Shown in pieces: positions 1 to 9,511 of a stretch of DNA of 64,000 nt. The position numbers and the translations under genes were made by a program. The notes beneath the pieces are model-generated. The model was not told the origin of the DNA and made no database searches. It worked only from the letters and a program-made list of their open reading frames with translations. Location of the stretch: the NCBI GenBank assembly GCA_910586225.1, contig CAJUIL010000014.1:22966-86965 (forward strand). The letters are read 5' to 3'. Each line of letters begins with the position of its first letter. Positions within the stretch are counted from its first letter, which is position 1. The DNA comes from an uncultured Eubacterium sp. Its GTDB lineage: Bacteria > Bacillota > Clostridia > Lachnospirales > Lachnospiraceae.

Positions 1-948
1 TGATCTCCGCCTTTTCATCAAAAATCTTCTGCAGCTTTTTATACGAAGCGACTGCCGCCGATAAGTCATTTGTCAGCCAGCCCATCATTTCCATCGGCCA
101 CGTACAGTTGCGGCTATATTCGATAAACGCCACCAGCGCGCCAAGCGTCAGCTCCCCACGCATGACCAGATTTCCGCCAAGTACCGCCATAAACACCGGA
201 AGCGCTTTCCCGATAAACTGGAAATATGGATAATACCGCACCAAGATCTTCGACTGTGTAATATTCAGCTCGTAATACCGCTGATTGTGCGACAGAAACT
301 TTGCGATCTCATGCTTTTCACGCGCAAATGCCTTGACAGTACGCACACCTGCCAGATTTTCCTCCGCAACCGTCGTCAGTGCCGCGTTTTCCTCACTCAT
401 ATCCTCATAAACCCCATTCAGCCTGCGTTCCATCACAATCGCTGTCACACCGCACACCAGCATTGCGGCAAGCGGAACAAGCGCCAGCCGCAGGCTCAAT
501 GTAAACATACAATATAAAACAATCGATATATGAATCGTCACTTCGATCGTCAGCATCCCGACAAAGCCAAGCGCGTTCCATATTTTATCCACATCGTCCT
601 TCACCCTCGCCATCAGCTCCCCGGTATTCACATTGTCAAAATACCGTGCAGACAACGTCTGGATATGCGCAAACAGATCCTTTCGAAGCTGCGACCCAAG
701 CTTGGAAGCAAGCACGTCAAACAGATATTCCTTGAGATACCCACACACGCTGCGCCCGATGCCGACAACGACAATTCCCACTAACAGCAAGGTCAAAAGC
801 TCCTGCTTGCCGTCCAAGATCACATCATCTACAATGCTCTGCGTAATTTTGGGATACACCATATCCAGAACGATCGCGATAACCATGCAGCTGACCGCAA
901 GAAAATATGCAAGCCAGCATCTTCCAATATACGTACGAATCCTTTTCA
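1..948 (-). CDS. ABC transporter permease/ATP-binding protein (N-terminal transmembrane domain; 3' end lies outside the window)
   Basis: Reverse-strand frame is open from the window edge to an ATG at 946-948, preceded by a GGAGG RBS. The translation is a six-helix ABC-exporter transmembrane domain (MsbA/ABC-B type). The ATPase half would lie upstream of position 1. Confidence 0.7.
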
Positions 949-1581
949 TGTAAAACCTCCTTCATAAATAAATCACAACATAAAAAACCATGCGCTCCTG
1001 CCCTGCAAAGCAGTCTGCCACATGGTCTTAACGAAGAAAACAAAAGTGTACAAAAAAAACATGACCATACAGCCATGCTTTTCCTTTCGTTCTCTTCAAA
1101 TATCAGCAGGTTATGTAAGCACTTTGTAAGGCGGATGTACCAGTAGACAACCACTGGTATCAGGACAAGCTGCTGCTCTTCGCTCCCGTATACTCCTATA
1201 CGGCACATCACACAGCTATCCCTTTGCAACTATTTAGTTTGCACCATTCTCCATTACACTTATGCACAACATATTCCTGTCTCCTTATATATTTTACTAA
1301 TGAGGCTATCATATACCAGATGGAAGCGACTGTCAAGAGGCAAATTGCGCCGCCTTACGCACTGGTGAAATATTTTATGAACGATGTACCGCCTCCTATC
1401 CCATTTTACTTCCTGGACGATATAATTTACGTTCTACTTCTTTTCTTATTACAGAAATTTCTTCCATTACTTCTTTATCATTTGTTTTCTTTGCAATACG
1501 CTCTAACCGTTCTAATATCGTTAATTGATCAAATAAATATCCGTCGTATTCTCTTTCATTATCTGGCGCAAATAACTCCTC

Positions 1582-1770
1582 CTATTCCTTAATCCTGTCC
1601 AGCTCTGTCAAATTCACACCCATGCTTGACAAAACTACTTTTAATTCTACATATCTTTTATACATAGACTCATATACTTCCGGCACCTTATCTTTAATCG
1701 GTATCATCCAGTCTTGCAGCCTAGACAGCTCTGTCACGTAATCTTTTACAATATCCGCTTGTGATGGCAT
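1582..1770 (-). CDS. Small conserved hypothetical protein (62 aa), paralog of 34770..34961
   Basis: ATG at 1768-1770 with RBS AAGGGGGAG. The C-terminal motif VLSSMGVNLTELDRIKE is shared with the ORF at 34770..34961 (VLTSLGVNLTDIDKIKE). The stop context GATTAAGGAATAGGAGG is identical in both copies. Confidence 0.6.
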   Translation of the reverse strand: MPSQADIVKDYVTELSRLQDWMIPIKDKVPEVYESMYKRYVELKVVLSSMGVNLTELDRIKE

Positions 1771-1859
1771 ATCATCACTCCCCCTTAATCTCAAAAAACT
1801 GTTTCTTGGATACTTTTACTATAGCACATAAAAAAGCCAAAGTCTATTTTATTTTTATA

Positions 1860-1902
1860 TTGACAATCTCTGGATTTTGATTTATTATGTAGCTTGCTAC
1901 AT
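1860..1902 (+). promoter_or_regulatory. Sigma-A promoter (TTGACA-17-TATTAT) plus perfect palindrome ATGTAGCTTGCTACAT, likely the MarR operator
   Basis: -35 at 1860-1865 and -10 at 1883-1888, with a 17-bp spacer. A palindrome with 7-bp arms at 1887-1902 overlaps the -10/+1 region directly upstream of the MarR gene. Confidence 0.55.
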
Positions 1903-1923
1903 ATCCGAAGGGAGTATCCGTAT

Positions 1924-2358
1924 ATGGACGAGCTGAAATGCTATTTTAAAAAGATCCATAACCAGCTGGAAGCCAGCTTTACCCGTGCCCTGCGCAATTA
2001 CGGCCTGACCTGTACCCAGTTTGACGTGCTTGCCTATCTTTTTTATCACACGGAAAGCCCAAATACGCTTACTGGTATTTCCTCTTACTTTGGCGTCCGT
2101 CATACGAGTGTGATCCACGTACTGAAAATATTAGAAAAAAAGGGTATGATCTCCAAATGCGCATCTGCAGATGCCCGCACAAAAACCATTTCGCTGACGC
2201 AGAACGGACAGCAGGTCGTTGCTAAGATCAACGAACGCTGCCCCGCACTGGATGGCATTGTCTTTGCAAAGCTTTCCGAAACTCAGCTGCATCTTTTAGA
2301 GCAAATGCTTATGCAGATTCTTGAAAATCTGGAATCAGACGCCTTCCAAAATTTTTAA
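1924..2358 (+). CDS. MarR-family transcriptional regulator
   Basis: 145-aa winged-helix MarR-like sequence. RBS GAAGGGAG. Sits upstream of a MATE efflux gene, the classic repressor-efflux arrangement. Confidence 0.8.
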   Translation: MDELKCYFKKIHNQLEASFTRALRNYGLTCTQFDVLAYLFYHTESPNTLTGISSYFGVRHTSVIHVLKILEKKGMISKCASADARTKTISLTQNGQQVVAKINERCPALDGIVFAKLSETQLHLLEQMLMQILENLESDAFQNF

Positions 2359-2379
2359 ATAACGAAAGGAGAATTTCAT

Positions 2380-3789
2380 ATGAAAGACAAAACGACAGAA
2401 ATATTCAGAGATGCTCCGGTACCAAAAGCAGTCATCAGCAATGTGATCCCATCAATCATCAGTATGATCATGGTGCTGGTTTATAATCTCGCTGACACCT
2501 TTTTTATCGGGCAGACAAAAAACGCTTATATGGTAGCTGCCGTTTCCGTTGCCACTCCAGCTTTTTTGCTGTTTATGGCAATCGGTATGCTGTTTGGCAT
2601 TGGCGGTACGTCCTTGATCTCCCGGACGCTGGGTGAAGGCAATGCACAAAAAGCCAAAAACGCTTCCTCCTTTTGCTTTTGGACGGGACTTGGGATTGGA
2701 ATTATTTCTATGGTCGCCGTCTTTTTTGCCGCTGTCCCGGTCAGTATGGCGGTCGGCGCCAGTGCGGATACGGTTGGCTATGCTTCCCAATACCTTCGTA
2801 TCGTCTCTACCGCCATCCCGTTTTTGATCATCAGCAACAGCTTTAGCAATATTATCCGCGCGGAGGGTAACGCGCAAGTAGCTATGATGGGTATGATCAT
2901 CGGTAACCTCATCAATATTGTACTGGATCCGGTCATGATCCTGGGCTTTGGCTGGGATGTAGCGGGCGCCGCGATCGCAACTGTACTCGGCAATGTCTTT
3001 GCAGCCGTCTTTTACATCCGCCACCTGCTTTCCAAAAAAGCTATGCTTTCCATCCATCCAAGATATTTCCTTGCAGGAAACGGCATTGCTTCCGGCGTGC
3101 TTGCAATCGGCATTCCGGCATCGCTCAACAGCATTTTAATGAGCCTTTCCAATATCGTCGTCAACAATATTATGGCAGGCTACGGGGATATGGCAGTTGC
3201 AGGACTCGGCGTCGCTATGAAGGTCAATATGATCGTCGTAATGCTCCTCATCGGGCTTGGAACCGGAATCCAGCCAATCTTGGGCTATTGCTTCGGCGCC
3301 GGTAACCGCAAACGCTATCTGGACGTGCTGAAATTTTCACTGATCCTGGCGTTTGGATTGAGCGCTGTTATGACAGTCATCTGCTACTGCGGCGCAGATC
3401 CGCTCGTCCATGCATTTTTAGAGGACGCGGACGCTTTTGCTTATGGGATGTCCTTTGCGCGCATTTACATCTATTCCGGCCCGGTCATTGGCCTGATGTT
3501 TGTATTCATCAATGCCATCCAGTCCGCCGGCGCGGCAATTCCAGCGCTGATCCTATCGGTCAGCCGCCAAGGACTGATCTACCTGCCCGTTTTATTTTTA
3601 TTCCGTCAGATTTTTCATTCCGCTACAATGCTGGCGGCTGCGCAGCCGATCACTGATTATCTGACGACGGCTCTTTCGGTCGTGCTCTTTGTTTTTACTT
3701 ACCGGAAATATTTTCCGAAAGAGGCAGTAACAAAGCCTGTAAAGAACAGTATTTCGGACCAGCCTGAAAGAAGTCATGCTGTATCTTAA
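2380..3789 (+). CDS. MATE-family multidrug efflux transporter
   Basis: 469 aa with 12 predicted TM helices and a two-fold-repeat MATE/NorM-like sequence. RBS AAAGGAG. Confidence 0.85.
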   Translation: MKDKTTEIFRDAPVPKAVISNVIPSIISMIMVLVYNLADTFFIGQTKNAYMVAAVSVATPAFLLFMAIGMLFGIGGTSLISRTLGEGNAQKAKNASSFCFWTGLGIGIISMVAVFFAAVPVSMAVGASADTVGYASQYLRIVSTAIPFLIISNSFSNIIRAEGNAQVAMMGMIIGNLINIVLDPVMILGFGWDVAGAAIATVLGNVFAAVFYIRHLLSKKAMLSIHPRYFLAGNGIASGVLAIGIPASLNSILMSLSNIVVNNIMAGYGDMAVAGLGVAMKVNMIVVMLLIGLGTGIQPILGYCFGAGNRKRYLDVLKFSLILAFGLSAVMTVICYCGADPLVHAFLEDADAFAYGMSFARIYIYSGPVIGLMFVFINAIQSAGAAIPALILSVSRQGLIYLPVLFLFRQIFHSATMLAAAQPITDYLTTALSVVLFVFTYRKYFPKEAVTKPVKNSISDQPERSHAVS

Positions 3790-3924
3790 ATGTTCAAATG
3801 CAAAGTTAAAATAGTTGAAAGGAAAAAGTCCTTCTGGTGTGGTTTTTTGTATAGATATGTAATATTTATCTACAAAGATAAGAATGTGTTGGCAGAATGT
3901 TTGTCAGGACAGCCTAATAAACAA

Positions 3925-3967
3925 GCGCAAAGGCTTTGATGTGGCTTTGCGCTTGTCGTGTGTACTT
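3925..3967. terminator. Stem-loop terminator (ACAAGCGCAAAGGC...GCTTTGCGCTTGT), probably bidirectional
   Basis: 13-bp near-perfect inverted repeat. A T tract follows on the minus strand (cttgtttatt), after the MATE gene and the Rpn-like fragment. Confidence 0.5.
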
Positions 3968-3978
3968 TATAGGGTACA

Positions 3979-4203
3979 TTATAAATATTCACTAACATCT
4001 TTTTCAGTGAGGCAGTATTTTTGCATGATCAGTGTTTTGATCTCATCATTTCCGCGTCCAAAGTCCCGCAGTATATCTACCGCACCTCGAATACCTTTTT
4101 CCATGCCGCTTTTTATACCTTTTTCTAGAGCGTTTTGTTCTCTTAAAATAACCGTGTTCTTTAAAATAGCTGAACAGACCGGCTGGCTTTGTATCACGGA
4201 CAA
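3979..4203 (-). pseudogene. C-terminal fragment of an Rpn/YhgA-like (PD-(D/E)XK) recombination-promoting nuclease / putative transposase
   Basis: EKGIKSGMEKGIRG... repeats and a C-terminal tail typical of the Rpn family. An in-frame stop lies two codons upstream of the TTG start, and there is no nuclease domain. Remnant only. Confidence 0.4.
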
Positions 4204-4304
4204 GTGTTATGGTTATGTCGTTTTCCGCGATCGCATCTACCGTTTTGCCATAGGATTTATACTTCCTCCCGCGTCACCATTTCTAGTGTACTAAGCACAG
4301 CCTC

Positions 4305-4826
4305 TCAAACGCTTTTCTGCGCATACCGCTGCGCCATCTGCAAAATAGAGATCAGCGGAACGATCAAAATTCCGCAGAAAAAATTACTGACCCCATGTAA
4401 AAAATCCCACGGCAGCCCAGCGGCGATCCACGCCAGCATCCCTTCAAAGCTTAATCCAAACATCACCGCCTGCACTGGGGCATACAAGGTGCCGAACAAA
4501 AAGCCATGCGCCGCGCATACCGACATATATACAACCGGACGTATAATCGCCGGCATTTTTCTTGGCAGCAGCATAACCGCGCCCCACAGTACGGTCCATA
4601 CGTACAAGTAAGGCACCCACCACGCCGAAAAGCCAGAAAACATCCCGTTGAGCAGCACATAAATATAAATCGGATACAGTGCCTTTTTCCGGTAAACTAC
4701 CGTAAATGCAATCGTAAAAACACCCAGCAAATGGATATTTGGTGCAAATTCCATAATGATCTTAGAAGCATACATAACCGCCCCAAGCATCGCAAAGCTG
4801 GTAATCTCTTTCGTGGTCAGCTTCAT
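4305..4826 (-). CDS. ECF transporter S component (cobalamin-type, CbrT-like by context)
   Basis: 173-aa polytopic membrane protein with an S-component-like N terminus (MKLTTKEITSFAMLGAVMYA). Co-transcribed behind a cobalamin riboswitch and a DUF4430 lipoprotein. Confidence 0.55.
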   Translation of the reverse strand: MKLTTKEITSFAMLGAVMYASKIIMEFAPNIHLLGVFTIAFTVVYRKKALYPIYIYVLLNGMFSGFSAWWVPYLYVWTVLWGAVMLLPRKMPAIIRPVVYMSVCAAHGFLFGTLYAPVQAVMFGLSFEGMLAWIAAGLPWDFLHGVSNFFCGILIVPLISILQMAQRYAQKSV

Positions 4827-5452
4827 GCTTTTTCCAGTTTCATAGCATAACTGTCGCCTTCTGTAATATCTGTAGCATCTACACCCGACTGCGCATATTC
4901 GTCATTGATATAAAATGCCCAGTACATACCGTCCTTCTCATAGTCAGCCGTAATACCATTGACCGTCTTTACAAACAAGCCGTATTCGCTCTCTTCTCCT
5001 TCAATGATCCCAAGCTCCTCCAAGGCTTCTCCAACGGTCTTTTTATCCGTATGGATCTCCATCCTTGTTTCTTCTCCGTCTTTATCTACAACTGTGAACA
5101 AAAACTGGGCGCTTCCTTCCCCATATACACCTGCCTGCTCTCCGTCTGCGCCGCTCTGAGCGTCTCCATCTGTCTGTGCCCCGCCTGCGTCACTCTGAGC
5201 ATCTACATCTGTGTCATTCTGGGCATCCCCGTCTGCGCCGCTCTGAGCGTCTCCGTCTGTCTGCGCCCCGCTTGTATCCGCCTGCGTCTGCGTTCCGCCT
5301 GCTTCCTTATCTGCGCCTTCCTCGGTCTGCGCATCCGGCGAATCCTTTTTTGCAGTACTGCCATTACAACCAGTTGTAAACAGTGCCATAGCCACAGTCA
5401 GCACGATACAAAGGATGCATGACAGGAATTTCTGATCCTGCTTTTTCCTCAT
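4823..5452 (-). CDS. Lipoprotein with Asp/Gln-rich tandem repeats and a C-terminal DUF4430 (transcobalamin-like) domain
   Basis: Signal peptide plus lipobox (LFTTGC). Low-complexity repeats GAQTDGDAQSGADG appear twice, 27 aa apart (DNA repeat at 5150 and 5232). The C-terminal W.Y.VNG...GD pattern matches DUF4430. RBS AAAGGAG. Confidence 0.6.
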   Translation of the reverse strand: MRKKQDQKFLSCILCIVLTVAMALFTTGCNGSTAKKDSPDAQTEEGADKEAGGTQTQADTSGAQTDGDAQSGADGDAQNDTDVDAQSDAGGAQTDGDAQSGADGEQAGVYGEGSAQFLFTVVDKDGEETRMEIHTDKKTVGEALEELGIIEGEESEYGLFVKTVNGITADYEKDGMYWAFYINDEYAQSGVDATDITEGDSYAMKLEKA

Positions 5453-5477
5453 ATTCGTATCTCCTTTGTTTTTTTAT

Positions 5478-5722
5478 TTTCCTCCCTCAACCGGCGCCCG
5501 CGGTTCTTTGCAGAGGTTTCGGCCTGTACGGATATTCCGGCTCGGCAAGCCGCTGTCCAGCCTTCTCAGATCTCGTCCAATGGCATACTTCCAAATTGTG
5601 GCATTTGGTCAGGTCAGCGGCATCCTGCATCCGATCGGATGCACCAGTGCCTTACGGCGACGGGCTCGCACAGGATTCACACCTGTTTCCCCGTTCAGTC
5701 CGGTATTTATCATAACCATTTA
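5478..5722 (-). promoter_or_regulatory. Cobalamin (AdoCbl) riboswitch
   Basis: The minus-strand RNA contains GGGGAAACAGGUGUGAAUCCUGUGCGAGCCCG, matching the GGGAA..GGUGnnAAUCC..CCCG core. A B12-box-like GGCACUGG and a downstream GCCACAAUUUGGAAG follow. An expression-platform hairpin (AACCGCGGGCGCCGGTT) sits next to the RBS of the lipoprotein gene. Confidence 0.65.
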
Positions 5723-5841
5723 CCGCATTCCCGTCAACTGAAAAATTGCAAAAAAATCTGCCGCACTGGGAATGTCAGAACAAACATCCCGATGCGGCAG
5801 ACGATCTCATAGAAAAGGCAAGCCTGTCCGAACCGTGCCTC

Positions 5842-6099
5842 TTATAAATTTTCCTGGAAGAATTTTTCCATTTCTGCTGCTGCAGCGTCCTCGTCATCAC
5901 CTTCTACAGAAATCGTAACCTCTGTGCCTTTTTTGATGCCCATGCTCATAATCGCCATCAGCTTTGTAGCTTCTGCGTTTTTACCACCTGCGCTGATCGT
6001 AATCTTAGACGCGTATTTTTTAGCCTCTTTTACCAAAATTCCTGCTGGTCTTGCATGAACACCCTGCTCGTCAGTAATTACGTAATTAAATGATTTCAT
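5842..6099 (-). CDS. ptsH: Phosphocarrier protein HPr
   Basis: 85 aa, MKSFNYVITDEQGVHARPAG with the active-site His15 motif. RBS AAGGAGGA. Confidence 0.85.
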   Translation of the reverse strand: MKSFNYVITDEQGVHARPAGILVKEAKKYASKITISAGGKNAEATKLMAIMSMGIKKGTEVTISVEGDDEDAAAAEMEKFFQENL

Positions 6100-6543
6100 A
6101 AATGTTTTCCTCCTTAATTTTACAGCTTTGCACATTTTACATAAAGCGCTTTACTGCGCCAGACAAATCAAAGCGCCTGTTACAGCACCTTTCTGTCAAG
6201 ACATAAAAAAACTGCATCATACTCATTAACAACTACCACAACCGTTTATTGTGTTTCTGTGAGTACAATCCAGCTTTGCCTACTTAAAGTCACAACCTGG
6301 TATGTGCTTTCCTGTTTTCTATATACAGATTTTACTATAAAATAATTTTACTGTCCATCCCCCAATTTTATTTTGTTGTATTTATCCAAATATACCACTA
6401 CTTTTTTATATACTTTTCACAATAACCAGTCCGTCACCCGGTTGGACATAACCATGCGAACGGGTGCAATCTCCTATTCTATTTTTGCTCCGCTCATGTT
6501 ATACTGAAAGCACAACACATCACAGGCAAGGAGGGATTGTGAC

Positions 6544-6768
6544 ATGGTTTTAAAGGATGTGGATGCGGGACAAAGCTGCGTCGTAGAACATATGGAGCTT
6601 CCGCCTCAGATGGAACGTCGTCTGGAGGCGCTTGGAATGACTAGAGAATCTGTAATCACCGTCTTAAACCGCAAGGGAAAGGGCATTATGATCATCAAGC
6701 TGCGCGGTACCCGGTTTGCACTGGGCTATAACATGACAAAAAACATAACGGTACGTGAAGTGAGGTGA
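6544..6768 (+). CDS. feoA: Ferrous iron transport protein A
   Basis: 74-aa SH3-like FeoA. RBS AAGGAGGG. Overlaps the feoB start. Confidence 0.85.
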   Translation: MVLKDVDAGQSCVVEHMELPPQMERRLEALGMTRESVITVLNRKGKGIMIIKLRGTRFALGYNMTKNITVREVR

Positions 6769-8813
6769 ACAACTTGAAAGAAAATTTAACGATCGGATTT
6801 ATCGGCAATCCGAACTGCGGAAAGACGACACTTTTTAATGCCTATACCGGAGCCAATCTAAAGGTCGCCAACTGGCCCGGCGTTACGGTCGAAAAGGTCG
6901 AAAGCGCCATCCGCGACCACGATCTGAATATCCGGCTTGTAGACCTGCCCGGAACCTATAGTCTGACCTCCTATACAATGGAAGAAACGGTATCCCGGCA
7001 ATTTATCTTAAGCGATGAGGTAGATGTTGTCATTAATGTTGCCGACGCTTCCTCGCTGGAACGCAATCTATATCTGACGCTCCAGATTTTAGAGCTTGGC
7101 AAGCCAGTCGTCCTGGCCTTAAATATGATGGATATCGTTGAAAAGCGCGGTATGGAGATCGACCTGCACCGTCTGCCGGAAATGCTTGGCATCCCGGTCA
7201 TTCCGGTATCCGCCAGAAAACGTACGGGCTTGGATTCCCTGCTGCACGCCGCAGCTCATCATAAAGGCCAGGCGGATCCAGACAGCCTGATCCACCATCA
7301 TAAGGACGCCGGACATCACGCCCATGACCACCATGCGGAATTTGCTATGGTCTATTCCGACTCTATCGAGGATAAAATAGACCAGCTGATCAGCGCGCTG
7401 CACAAAAAATACCCGGATCTTACCAACTGCCGCTGGCACGCCATCAAGCTGCTGGAACACGACAGCGAAGTTAGCGAAAAATATCCGGTCGACCTGCCGG
7501 GGGTTTTGGATCACAATTACGAATCGCAGATCATTAATGAAAAATATGATTTTATCGAAGAAATTATCGACGAGGTGCTGCTCCATAAAAAACGGCAGGA
7601 CCAATTTACCGAACGGGTAGACCAAGTGCTGACACACCGTATTTTTGGTATCCCGGTATTCCTCGGCATTATGGCGGTTGTATTTTTTCTGACCTTTGCC
7701 GTCGGAGACTGGATCAAGGGCTATTTTGAAACCGCGATCGATGGGATCTCAAGTATGACCGTAAGCGGACTTCGCGCGATGCATACCCATACCGTAGTGG
7801 AATCGCTCGTTGTGGAAGGTATAATTGGAGGCGTCGGCACCATCATCACCTTCCTGCCCAATATTTTTATCCTGTTCCTGGCGCTTGCTTTTCTGGAGGA
7901 CAGCGGCTATATGGCGCGTGTCGCCTATATTATGGAAGGACTGATGAGCCGGATGGGGCTTTCGGGCAAAGCGTTTATCCCGATGCTGCTTGGCTTTGGC
8001 TGCACAGTTCCGGCAATTATGGCTTCACGGGCACTGGAAAGCAAAAGAGACCGCTACAAGGTCATGCTTGTCACTCCGTTTATGAGCTGCAACGCCCGTC
8101 TGACCATTTACATACTGTTTGCGGAAATGTTTTTTGGCAGCTATGCGATGCTTGCAGCCTACTCTATGTATCTGATCGGCATCGTCGTCGCTGTGCTCGT
8201 TTCGTTCGTCCTGCATCTGCTGGACCGAAAAAAAAGCGCAAACTATCTGCTGATCGAGCTGCCGGAATATAAAATGCCGGACGTGCGCACGGTCGGCATT
8301 TACGTGTGGGATAAAGTAAAAGACTATCTTACAAAAGCAGGCACAACCATATTCCTTGCGACACTGATCATCTGGCTTCTTTTGAACTTTGGGCCGCACG
8401 GATATGCCCCGGATATGTCCGAGGGCTTCGGCGCAATGATCGGAAAATGGCTGGTCCCTGTCTTTGCTCCTGTCGGCCTTGGCTTTTGGCAGATCGCTGT
8501 CGCGCTGATCGCTGGTATATCCGCCAAGGAGGTCGTTGTATCCAGCTGCGCGGTATTGTTCGGTATTGTGAATGCAAACTCCGCGTCTGGAATGGCTGCG
8601 TTTTCCGAAGTATTGCGTCAAATCGGCTTTGGGCCGTTAAACGCCTTCTGCCTCATGGTATTCTGCCTTTTGTATGTTCCATGCGCGGCGACATTGGCTA
8701 CGATCCAAAAAGAATCCGACAGCTGGAGCTGGACCGCATTTGTCACGCTGTTCCAGCTTGCCGTAGCCTGGGCGGTTACATTTCTCGTATACCGGATCGG
8801 ACTGCTGCTTTAG
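6765..8813 (+). CDS. feoB: Ferrous iron transporter B
   Basis: N-terminal G domain (GNPNCGKTTLFN) followed by a polytopic membrane domain. GTG start overlaps the feoA stop. Unusual His-rich insert HHKGQADPDSLIHHHKDAGHHAHDHH at about 7250-7340. Confidence 0.9.
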   Translation: MNNLKENLTIGFIGNPNCGKTTLFNAYTGANLKVANWPGVTVEKVESAIRDHDLNIRLVDLPGTYSLTSYTMEETVSRQFILSDEVDVVINVADASSLERNLYLTLQILELGKPVVLALNMMDIVEKRGMEIDLHRLPEMLGIPVIPVSARKRTGLDSLLHAAAHHKGQADPDSLIHHHKDAGHHAHDHHAEFAMVYSDSIEDKIDQLISALHKKYPDLTNCRWHAIKLLEHDSEVSEKYPVDLPGVLDHNYESQIINEKYDFIEEIIDEVLLHKKRQDQFTERVDQVLTHRIFGIPVFLGIMAVVFFLTFAVGDWIKGYFETAIDGISSMTVSGLRAMHTHTVVESLVVEGIIGGVGTIITFLPNIFILFLALAFLEDSGYMARVAYIMEGLMSRMGLSGKAFIPMLLGFGCTVPAIMASRALESKRDRYKVMLVTPFMSCNARLTIYILFAEMFFGSYAMLAAYSMYLIGIVVAVLVSFVLHLLDRKKSANYLLIELPEYKMPDVRTVGIYVWDKVKDYLTKAGTTIFLATLIIWLLLNFGPHGYAPDMSEGFGAMIGKWLVPVFAPVGLGFWQIAVALIAGISAKEVVVSSCAVLFGIVNANSASGMAAFSEVLRQIGFGPLNAFCLMVFCLLYVPCAATLATIQKESDSWSWTAFVTLFQLAVAWAVTFLVYRIGLLL

Positions 8814-8863
8814 CCAAAAATTACGTTCCGGCGCTTCCCCTTTCGGAAAGCGCCGGATTTCCT

Positions 8864-9511
8864 TTAAAATTGTTTTTTTTGCATAGCGGCAACAGAGATC
8901 TGATAAGAAATTCCCAACGACACTGCCAGCAATACCCCGATGTATACAAACACCTCTGTCTGCCCCAACCCCTGCAGCCATCCGAGCAGATCCACGGAAA
9001 ATATTTCCGCAGCCTTCTTGCACAGATACCCTATCGCCAATATACAGCCGGAAATCATAAACAATACGATCCTGCCCTTCTCTGAGCCAAATTTCAGCTG
9101 CACTGGTATCAAAATCGTAATCATAAGAATTGCCACAGCTAACGAGCTGAACAGCCCCGTCAGAAAAACCTGCAAACTGTAAGGCGCCGACTTTGCAATG
9201 ATAATCGCCATAGCGGCTAAGTTTCCTAAAAATGAAGTGCTTCCTGCCATTAAAAAACTAAATGTATATTTCTCCAGCACATATTTTTTCCGGCTGATCG
9301 GAAGCGTAAACAAAAATCCCATCCCGTTATCCATTTCATCATAGCTGATCGTACTCGTCACAAGCAGCGACAGCATCGCTGTTGCATACGTCACAACATT
9401 TTCCACGTTTTGCCCTTTGATCAAAAAAGCAAAACATATTCCCAAAACTATAAAAATAACATTTTTCTGCGTCAGAATAATCTTCCAGTCCTTGATCAAC
9501 AATCCCTTCAT
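8864..9511 (-). CDS. ABC-2 family transporter permease
   Basis: 215-aa six-TM protein. Translationally coupled to the upstream ABC ATPase. Confidence 0.6.
   Translation of the reverse strand: MKGLLIKDWKIILTQKNVIFIVLGICFAFLIKGQNVENVVTYATAMLSLLVTSTISYDEMDNGMGFLFTLPISRKKYVLEKYTFSFLMAGSTSFLGNLAAMAIIIAKSAPYSLQVFLTGLFSSLAVAILMITILIPVQLKFGSEKGRIVLFMISGCILAIGYLCKKAAEIFSVDLLGWLQGLGQTEVFVYIGVLLAVSLGISYQISVAAMQKKQF

Noticed and set aside
985-1030. ACCATG...CATGGT inverted repeat after the ABC transporter start region as a terminator
   Set aside because: The loop is about 30 nt and there is no T tract. It is more likely an operator-like or incidental palindrome in the promoter region of the ABC gene.
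1224-1592. 122-aa plus-strand ORF in the 950-1580 intergenic region
   Set aside because: Hydrophobic, low-complexity translation with no RBS. The opposite strand carries the open frame that continues from the small-protein gene.
2452-3057. Antisense ORFs inside the MATE gene (201 aa and 71 aa) and similar shadow ORFs within recQ, rdrA/rdrB, the S8 peptidase and others
   Set aside because: They lie opposite well-supported genes, have biased low-complexity compositions and no RBS. Typical GC-driven open frames.
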